DNA from: a virus
Strand: one strand, 5' to 3'
Virus record (IMG/VR): IMGVR_UViG_3300002307_000008
Coordinates: 1 to 39,940 of that record
DNA length: 39,940 nucleotides
Part shown: piece by piece, positions 7,297-13,113 of the stretch
How the letters are laid out: the number at the start of each line of letters is the position of its first letter
How positions within the stretch are numbered: the first letter of the stretch is position 1
The notes under the pieces: generated by a model
Database searches by the model: none
Told to the model about the DNA's origin: nothing
Seen by the model: only the letters and a program-made list of their open reading frames with translations
Made by a program: the position numbers and the translations under genes

Positions 7297-8341
7297 GCCG
7301 ACCAAATCCGAAGCGCTCAAAGCGTGGAAGGAAAAGCAGAAACAACCACCCAAGTCGAAACCGAAATCCGCTGATCCATTCTCCCAACCTGATCGAGTCT
7401 GCATCGGCGATGAGATTTACTGGTGCTTGTTTGGCGTTTGGGACAGTCCGGACGGCGAACGACCAACAACCAAGGGTATCTGGGCCGACGAGCTCGCTCC
7501 AACCACCTACCAGCTCTATTTCGACGCATTCAAAGCGCGGATCCGCCACGACCCGATCGCGCTCATGGATCCCGCTGAAGTCGACGTGCGCGACCTCGAG
7601 TCGTTCCGATCGCGGCTACTGCACACACCATCGAGCTACACGCGAAAGCTAAAAACCAAAAAGCCCGACGGATCGATCGAAGTAAAAGACCTGATCGTCG
7701 AGCGCCCTCCTCTCAACGGCCGCTCGGTCATGCGGTACATGACGCCCGTCTTCAAAGTGTTAAAGCGGCATCGAAACCTCTGCTACCGCGAATTGGGAAC
7801 GCTGAAACTCAACCCGCCGAAGAAAGCCTGGCTCACCCATTCCGACCGTGACGCGTTCCTGGCCCTCATGAACTCGCCAATGCTCCGTAGAGCGGCCCTG
7901 TTGATGATGCACGGCATGTCGATCGGAGAAGTGTGTAAAGTGACGTCCGACGCGTTTGACGGCCACACAATCGAAATCTCGGAGCAAACGAGCATGATCG
8001 GCGGAAAGGCGGTCGACCGTGGCCAACTCAAGCGAGCACGAAGGTATCGCAAATTGCCGGCAAATCGCTTGCTGAAACAAGAACTGGCTGGTGTCACAGG
8101 CCGCCTCGTCGACTTCATTCCGTCATCGCTTCGGCGGGCGATCGAGCGAAAGGTTGCCGGCACGAAATTCGAAAACATTGGACCGCACGACCTGCGAAGA
8201 TCCGGAGGAAAGTGGATGCTCGACGCCGGCGCGAAACTCAGCGACGTGGCGGCCATTCTCGGCAATGATCCACGGACGCTCTTGGTCTGGTACGACACCT
8301 CAGACGCCGAAGGAAAAGCGAGAGCGATCGAGGCGGTCTAA
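7193..8341 (+). CDS. int: Tyrosine recombinase (phage integrase)
   Basis: The C-terminal catalytic pattern is HDLRRSGGKWML...LGNDPRTLLVWYD (H-x-x-R ... Y). The N-terminal arm-binding-like segment is GTYERRKSDLQYRF..FKPTKSEALKAW. It is adjacent to a tRNA-derived core. Confidence 0.85.
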   Translation: MARAKGEGTYERRKSDLQYRFVLQADKKRLVGPFKPTKSEALKAWKEKQKQPPKSKPKSADPFSQPDRVCIGDEIYWCLFGVWDSPDGERPTTKGIWADELAPTTYQLYFDAFKARIRHDPIALMDPAEVDVRDLESFRSRLLHTPSSYTRKLKTKKPDGSIEVKDLIVERPPLNGRSVMRYMTPVFKVLKRHRNLCYRELGTLKLNPPKKAWLTHSDRDAFLALMNSPMLRRAALLMMHGMSIGEVCKVTSDAFDGHTIEISEQTSMIGGKAVDRGQLKRARRYRKLPANRLLKQELAGVTGRLVDFIPSSLRRAIERKVAGTKFENIGPHDLRRSGGKWMLDAGAKLSDVAAILGNDPRTLLVWYDTSDAEGKARAIEAV

Positions 8342-8352
8342 TCGAAAACCTT

Positions 8353-8373
8353 GTGTGGTTTCCAGTGTGGTTT
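8353..8373 (+). promoter_or_regulatory. Two direct copies of GTGTGGTTT (putative integrase arm-type sites, P arm)
   Basis: Copies at 8353..8361 and 8365..8373, in the same orientation as the pair at 8521..8542. Confidence 0.55.
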
Positions 8374-8430
8374 GTTTCGTCGCAAGATGCCGGAATTTCG
8401 TCGGCAGTTCTGAACCGTAGGTTCAAAAAA

Positions 8431-8475
8431 TGGAGCCTTCGACGAGAATCGAACCCGTGACCTCTTCTTTACCAA
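8431..8475 (-). other. attP core: 3' 45 nt of a tRNA-Thr(GGU), from the anticodon loop to CCA
   Basis: The minus strand reads TTGGTAA-AGAAG-AGGTC-ACGGG-TTCGATT-CTCGT-CGAAGGC-T-CCA. That is the anticodon loop with GGT, the 3' anticodon stem, variable loop, full T arm, 3' acceptor strand and CCA. Upstream sequence does not pair as a 5' anticodon stem, and there is no D arm. Confidence 0.75.
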
Positions 8476-8520
8476 TCAAAAGGGTGTTGAAGTTGCTTTC
8501 TACTTAGATGTCTACTGTTT

Positions 8521-8542
8521 GTGTGGTTTTTCTGTGTGGTTT
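8521..8542 (+). promoter_or_regulatory. Two direct copies of GTGTGGTTT (putative integrase arm-type sites, P' arm)
   Basis: Copies at 8521..8529 and 8534..8542. Confidence 0.55.
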
Positions 8543-8556
8543 GGTATCCTCCGATC

Positions 8557-8793
8557 ATGCACGGATGGCAACCGATCAACGCCCAACTCCGAGGCTATCG
8601 AGGCCAAACGCTTCGAGCTTTGGCACGTCAAACCGAGACTGGTTTCCAGGTCACGGCGTTCCGAGAACGGCACAATCCGCCGGCGTTGATCGGCGTCGGA
8701 TCCACACTGAATCTCGCGATCGCAGACTTCGAACGACGCGTCGTCGAGATCGAGGAACAGATCGACTACCTATGTACGCATCGCGCGGCGTGA
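8557..8793 (+). CDS. Possible small XRE-type HTH protein (78 aa)
   Basis: The internal ATG of track ORF 8521..8793 is used, because the longer start would run through the arm repeats. LRGYRGQTLRALARQTETGFQVTAFRERHNPP resembles an XRE HTH. No clear RBS. Confidence 0.35.
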   Translation: MHGWQPINAQLRGYRGQTLRALARQTETGFQVTAFRERHNPPALIGVGSTLNLAIADFERRVVEIEEQIDYLCTHRAA

Positions 8794-9006
8794 GCCTGGC
8801 CGCGTTTTGTTCTGAACGACCGCACCCGGCGTCGCACCACTGAGACCAACCGGTCGCAACGACTCCGGACGATTCCCGTTCGGTTCAGGCTGGCGAATCA
8901 CGCCCTGAGGTGCCCTCGTGAGCCTCGCATATTGTGCAAGCGCGAGAGCCATGATGAAGTCGTCGTGATGGCCCGCAGCGGCCTCCGCGCGTTGCTTGTC
9001 GCCCAC
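8770..9006 (-). pseudogene. Possible decayed remnant resembling the extreme C-terminus of a terminase large subunit
   Basis: Only GHHDDFIMALALAQYARL looks protein-like, resembling the hDD..DAlalA end of TerL nuclease domains. The rest is low complexity. It lies downstream of the operon terminator and has a GTG start. Confidence 0.2.
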
Positions 9007-9130
9007 CGCTTGATCAACGCAAAACCGCGCGAGTGCAGATCGTGCTAACTCCCGCCCAAGCCGAGAAGTTCAAGTCCCTTGGCGGCTCTCGGTGGGTTCA
9101 AAAGCAGATCGAAAACGCCTGATCCACGCA

Positions 9131-9163
9131 CAAAAAAGACGCCCCCAGCACGAGGCTGAGGGC
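9131..9163 (-). terminator. Intrinsic terminator ending the long minus-strand late/accessory operon
   Basis: The minus strand reads GCCCTCAGC-CTCGT-GCTGGGGGC-GTC-TTTTTT. The stem pairs at 8 of 9 positions, followed by a T6 run, 21 nt after the stop at 9185. Confidence 0.75.
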
Positions 9164-9184
9164 GATTGTAAACGTAACGGCGGA

Positions 9185-9565
9185 TTAGGTTGTCAATTGG
9201 ACTTCTTCGATCATTCGAGGCATTACGCTAATGTCGATGTACGGGTGCGGAAGGCCGAGCCGCTCGAAATAGATCGAATAGGCTAGTCGGCCATGCGGCT
9301 TCTTGGTGCTTCGAACTTGATGCCGGTTATCTCGATCGAAAACGAGCAGCCCGAACTTGTCGGCCATCGTATTGACGAGTTCGTCGGGTTCACACGCTTC
9401 GTTTGTCCACGGGATTGCGACGACATCAAAGTCCCGATAGAGCGATCCGTGAACCGCAAGGCAGTAACCAAGGCCGTTTGCGACTTCGACAAGGCCAGGT
9501 AGCACCAGGGAGTACATCGCTGCCCGCACTGGATGACGCTGAGCGTCTTTGTCGTTCACGTCCAT
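9185..9565 (-). CDS. Small protein with a minimal pol-beta-type nucleotidyltransferase-like motif pattern (126 aa)
   Basis: YCLAVHGSLYRDFDVVAIPW gives hG[GS]...D-x-D after a helix, and PYIDISVMP gives a later acidic strand. The call rests on motif spacing only. Confidence 0.35.
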   Translation of the reverse strand: MDVNDKDAQRHPVRAAMYSLVLPGLVEVANGLGYCLAVHGSLYRDFDVVAIPWTNEACEPDELVNTMADKFGLLVFDRDNRHQVRSTKKPHGRLAYSIYFERLGLPHPYIDISVMPRMIEEVQLTT

Positions 9566-9566
9566 G

Positions 9567-9875
9567 TTAAAGCTCCATCGGGTTATCCATGTCGGTCATG
9601 GGCACGATTTGTGCTGCAAGCGAGTGGCTGCAATCCGAAAGGAATTCGATCCGGCCCGACTGTACGTACAGGTGGCACGAGCCCGGATACAGTAGTGACG
9701 GTTCGAACGTCGGCGCGTCCATGTTGCCGTCAAATTTCCAAACAGGATCGTTCGGGAACCGCCGGTCTCTCGGATCGTGATCGATCGACAAAATGTGCGA
9801 GCATTCGCAGCCCGGACAAAAGAACCGCCACCCGAGCAGTTTTCCGTCAAGGGTAAACGGTTTCAGCTTTGACAT
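9567..9875 (-). CDS. DUF6527-like Zn-binding protein (102 aa)
   Basis: FFCPGCECSH...WKFDGNMDAPTFEPSLL...CHLYVQSGRIEFLSDCSHSLAAQIVPM matches the CPGC...W.FNGD..PT..PS...CH.f...G.I.FL.DC.H.LAGQ pattern as I recall it. Confidence 0.55.
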   Translation of the reverse strand: MSKLKPFTLDGKLLGWRFFCPGCECSHILSIDHDPRDRRFPNDPVWKFDGNMDAPTFEPSLLYPGSCHLYVQSGRIEFLSDCSHSLAAQIVPMTDMDNPMEL

Positions 9876-9884
9876 CGTAGCCGC

Positions 9885-10406
9885 CTAGTGAGGGTAGCCA
9901 GTCGGGCACGGGAACCGCTTCAAGTACTCCGCGACCCAATCGAGCAGAATTGCCCGCTGCGCCTGGGCAAGCGTGAGCTGTCCGGCCATCACTTCTCGGT
10001 GCAGCCGGTTCTCGAGCTTGTCCTTGTCGTGGGCGTTCCAAGGCCCTTCGTATGATTCGCACCACAGATTCGCAGGATCCGAGCCACAGCCGATCTCGAT
10101 CGAGCACGCGTGGTCGACTTCGAACGGCACACCTCCGCGCGCAAAATGATCGCGCTTGACCACTGCGTTGATCATCGCCTTGGTCGCCGACTGCCGATAC
10201 AGTTTGGTCGTAAATCCCGGCTGTTTCATCGCCTCGAGTGTGATGCGCGGATCCACAACGCCAAGCACGACTCGCGGCGGCAGATACTTGCCGTATGGCG
10301 CGGAATACGGCCGGTGAGCCGCTTCGTCGGGCGTCAGGATGTACTGAGGCGTCCGCCCGCCAAATCCAAGGCAGAGCAGAGAGACGAGAATCAGCAGTCG
10401 TTTCAT
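9885..10406 (-). CDS. Signal-peptide-bearing HNH (beta-beta-alpha-Me) nuclease
   Basis: The N-terminus MKRLLILVSLLCLGFGG looks like a signal peptide. The core is FEVDHACSIEIGCGSDPANLWCE...WNAHDKDKLENRLHREV (D-H ... N ... H). Confidence 0.6.
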   Translation of the reverse strand: MKRLLILVSLLCLGFGGRTPQYILTPDEAAHRPYSAPYGKYLPPRVVLGVVDPRITLEAMKQPGFTTKLYRQSATKAMINAVVKRDHFARGGVPFEVDHACSIEIGCGSDPANLWCESYEGPWNAHDKDKLENRLHREVMAGQLTLAQAQRAILLDWVAEYLKRFPCPTGYPH

Positions 10407-10723
10407 GCCTGATTATCCTCCGTTTCGCTCTCAGCTGCAAGAGCAGCCTCCGCCTCCGAAAACGCCTTCGACACGTCCGCCGGAACGCCCTTGATCGTTA
10501 CAAAGTCGATGCCCTCGACGCCGCCATCCTGGAATCGCCCGTCAGGGACGTCCGTGTACGGGCACATAGGATACAAGCCGCGCTGATTGAGCGCGATTCG
10601 TGTGGTCGGCGCGGCGCCCAGAGGTGGGTTTAGATCGCCGGGCAACAGCGAGAAGATTTGATCTTTGGCGAGCATAATCGCCGTTCCGTCTGACTGGGTG
10701 AAGGTTGCTTGGCTTGCTTGCAT
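10403..10723 (-). CDS. Hypothetical protein (106 aa)
   Basis: This is the protein-like C-terminal part of track ORF 10403..11254, starting at the ATG at 10723 (MQASQATFTQSDG...FVTIKGVPADVSKAF...). ATGA couples it to the HNH gene. It overlaps the SGNH ORF tail out of frame. Confidence 0.45.
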   Translation of the reverse strand: MQASQATFTQSDGTAIMLAKDQIFSLLPGDLNPPLGAAPTTRIALNQRGLYPMCPYTDVPDGRFQDGGVEGIDFVTIKGVPADVSKAFSEAEAALAAESETEDNQA

Positions 10724-11990
10724 AGGTTCTGTTCCGTTGGAAGATCTCGGGGCGCACGACGTGCGCGGTGTAGATGGCCGTGTTGGCCGTGGTAGTGCCG
10801 TGAAGCCCGTCCGTGCGGGCGAAGTAATTTGCCGTGCCGTTCGCGACCCACTTGCTGGATGTCTTGCCCGACTCGGTAACGCTGGCGATGTCGAAAAACG
10901 CGGTCGCTTTCTCGACATACTGCGCCCTGACGCTGGCGTTGAACGACGATCGATAACTGTTCTTGGTGCTGTCGAAAACCGTCTGGTTGAGCGTCGTCGC
11001 CCAGTTGTCGGTCGACGTGGTGTATGGCGAGATCGAGCAGATCGCGTAGTCGTATGGATGACCGCTCTGTGTAGCGAACTTGAGCGAGTTGTAGACCGTC
11101 GTGAGCGACGCCCGGAACTGGGTGTCGTTGACGCCGCCGCCGTTGAAGTCGTTGATGCCGACGTCGATGACGAGGTCGGTGCAGTACTTCGCAATCTCCT
11201 TCCGAAGCGTCGATGTTGACGTGCCGTTGTTCCAGAGGTAACAAGCTTCGCCACCCATGCCGGCGTTTACAAACGGAACGCCCCACGCGCTCATCGTCGG
11301 CGCCACTTCGCCGTCTTCGTTGTAGATTGGTGCGAAGCCAGTAGAGTTGGAACCACGGAGCCGCGAGTCACCCCAAGCGAAAACGCCTCTCGTGCGCGTC
11401 TTGGCGACAATCGCCATCGGGCCGAGTGTTAAGTTGTGCTGAGTCGCCGGCGAGCCGCCGAGCGTGATGTCCGGAATTGCTCCGGACGCTCCGTAGTCAC
11501 TCCACTCGCCGAGGTTCGTCCGGTTGTACGTCCCTCCAAACAAAACGCCGGCCGTAGCGGAATTGCTCGAATGAGTCCATGTGCGCGTGTAGCCGAGCTG
11601 GTGATTTCGCCACTTGATCCCGATCCAGTCCGACCAAGCCATCTGGCCGCCCGAAAGCGTCTTCGTTGCCGATCCGGACCAAGTGACCTGCGAGAACGTG
11701 CCGTCGTAGTTCTCGATCCCCATGCGGAAATCGCGAGTGCCAGGACACGCTAGTTCGAGCTGGTAGACGTTCGCAATCAGGACCTTGACCGCGACGACAT
11801 CATCACAAACCCGGTGGGCCTTGCGGTGGATGCTGTCCTGGATGCCGGTCGTGATCGTGTTCCACGTCTGGGTGGAAGCAACAACGCCCTCGTGCAAAGG
11901 AGCCGTTGTTTGCGCCGGCGTCGGCATCTTCCCGGTGATTATTACCAAGGCAAGCAGCGCAAGCTTTAGGTATTTCAGAAGGTGTTTCAT
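10542..11990 (-). CDS. SGNH/GDSL-family hydrolase with N-terminal signal peptide
   Basis: The N-terminus is MKHLLKYLKLALLALVIITG. Block I is FAWGDSRLRG, block III is DVGINDF and block V is TDGLHGT. The last ~60 codons are Arg-rich and overlap the next ORF. Confidence 0.7.
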   Translation of the reverse strand: MKHLLKYLKLALLALVIITGKMPTPAQTTAPLHEGVVASTQTWNTITTGIQDSIHRKAHRVCDDVVAVKVLIANVYQLELACPGTRDFRMGIENYDGTFSQVTWSGSATKTLSGGQMAWSDWIGIKWRNHQLGYTRTWTHSSNSATAGVLFGGTYNRTNLGEWSDYGASGAIPDITLGGSPATQHNLTLGPMAIVAKTRTRGVFAWGDSRLRGSNSTGFAPIYNEDGEVAPTMSAWGVPFVNAGMGGEACYLWNNGTSTSTLRKEIAKYCTDLVIDVGINDFNGGGVNDTQFRASLTTVYNSLKFATQSGHPYDYAICSISPYTTSTDNWATTLNQTVFDSTKNSYRSSFNASVRAQYVEKATAFFDIASVTESGKTSSKWVANGTANYFARTDGLHGTTTANTAIYTAHVVRPEIFQRNRTYASKPSNLHPVRRNGDYARQRSNLLAVARRSKPTSGRRADHTNRAQSARLVSYVPVHGRP

Positions 11991-11992
11991 GG

Positions 11993-12718
11993 TTAGTTAG
12001 AAAGTGCGAATGCAGCCCAGGCGAAGGTTTCGGCGGAGCCCGGCGTGTAGGCGTCGCCCGCACTCTGGTAGCCGTAGATCTTCTGGCCAGAGGCAAGAAT
12101 CGCGTTGATGACCGCGCCGTTGTCGGGAATTCCGATCGCGACCGCGCCATCGGTGCAAACCTGCCAGTTCGTGACCGTCACCGACCCCAGGTAATTCGCG
12201 CCGGTGCTTGGCACAAACGTGCCCGCGTCGCCGTTGGCCACGCCCGGGTCGGCGGAAAATAGCGAAAGCTTGAACGTCGCGTTGGTGATCCCGGTGCCCG
12301 ACTTGAAGCACCGAAACGCAAAGACCTGAGCCCCGCCGCCAGACGATTTCGCGACCTGAAATTGCAATGCTGGACAAGATCCCGCCGTCGCACTCGGCCC
12401 CATCATCTGGCCAATGGAGTAAGCCGTCGTGTTTGCAAGCCGGGTCCACGTGGCGGCCGCTGCGAGTACGTACTGTCGGTAAATCGCCTTCAGCAGCGAA
12501 ATGACCGACCACGAAGACGTGTTATCCGTCGCCGCACCGTCCGCCTTCGCGCCCTGGGTGACGTCGGCCCCGTCTGCGATGGTCGCCGCTCCGCCTCCGC
12601 CGCCTCCGCCCGATTGGTAAACGTCAAGCGCGAAAGTCCCGTCGCCTTTGTCGTGCATGTTCTGGCGGATCTCAACGTTGTTGAGAATGTCGTGAACTGT
12701 ATATTGCTTGTCTGCCAT
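11993..12718 (-). CDS. Hypothetical protein with a Gly7 hinge (tail fibre or receptor-binding-like; function unknown)
   Basis: 241-aa ORF with AAGGA RBS immediately after the internal terminator. SGGGGGGGAAT follows a short N-terminal domain. Confidence 0.5.
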   Translation of the reverse strand: MADKQYTVHDILNNVEIRQNMHDKGDGTFALDVYQSGGGGGGGAATIADGADVTQGAKADGAATDNTSSWSVISLLKAIYRQYVLAAAATWTRLANTTAYSIGQMMGPSATAGSCPALQFQVAKSSGGGAQVFAFRCFKSGTGITNATFKLSLFSADPGVANGDAGTFVPSTGANYLGSVTVTNWQVCTDGAVAIGIPDNGAVINAILASGQKIYGYQSAGDAYTPGSAETFAWAAFALSN

Positions 12719-12737
12719 GTGTCTAGATCCTTAAATG

Positions 12738-12762
12738 AAAAACCCCCAGCGCGAAGCTGAGG
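12738..12762 (-). terminator. Internal intrinsic terminator between the tail genes and the accessory cassette
   Basis: The minus strand reads CCTCAGC-TTCGC-GCTGGGGG-TTTTT. Its core CCCCCAGC-N5-GCTGAGG is shared with the terminator at 9141..9163. Confidence 0.55.
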
Positions 12763-12789
12763 CGGAAGCGTTGAGGTGGTGGCGATAGG

Positions 12790-13113
12790 TTAGGTTGACC
12801 AGGATTGACCGAGGTCGGTTGAATACAAAAGTGTCGGCGTCGTATCGCCCGCTAGAATCGGAGCGATGACCCAGCGGGCTTCCCAGTCGCACGCAAAATC
12901 GACGTTGCACCATCCGTTGTCAGCGATTGAGTACGCGGTGCCCGCACCGTTTTGAAGGTTGACAGTCGATGACCATGTACCCCAAGACAACGTTGGCGAC
13001 ATTGTCGCGAGCTTGATTTTGCCGACCCCGGAAGTTCCAGAGTCATATTCAAACCAGCAGTCCACCCAATAGCCATCGGGCGAAGCCTGAATAGACCTTC
13101 CGTATTGAGCCAT
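12790..13113 (-). CDS. Small tail-associated protein ending in a BNR/Asp-box (107 aa)
   Basis: The ATG at 13113 overlaps the upstream stop (TAATG). The C-terminal STDLGQSW matches S-x-D-x-G-x-[TS]-W. Confidence 0.5.
   Translation of the reverse strand: MAQYGRSIQASPDGYWVDCWFEYDSGTSGVGKIKLATMSPTLSWGTWSSTVNLQNGAGTAYSIADNGWCNVDFACDWEARWVIAPILAGDTTPTLLYSTDLGQSWST

Noticed and set aside
7056-7652. 198-aa plus-strand ORF overlapping xis and int
   Set aside because: It is an alternative frame of the integrase N-terminus with Arg/Ser-rich low complexity. The integrase frame carries the catalytic motifs.
8521-8556. Longer start (8521) for the ORF 8521..8793
   Set aside because: The extra codons (MWFFCVVWYPPI) are simply the translation of the two GTGTGGTTT arm repeats. 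The internal ATG at 8557 was used instead, and the gene itself remains low confidence.
10403-11254. 283-aa ORF rich in Ser/Thr/Arg overlapping the SGNH hydrolase
   Set aside because: Most of it is an alternative frame of the SGNH gene with low-complexity composition. Only the last ~106 codons (from the ATG at 10723) look like a real protein and are annotated separately.
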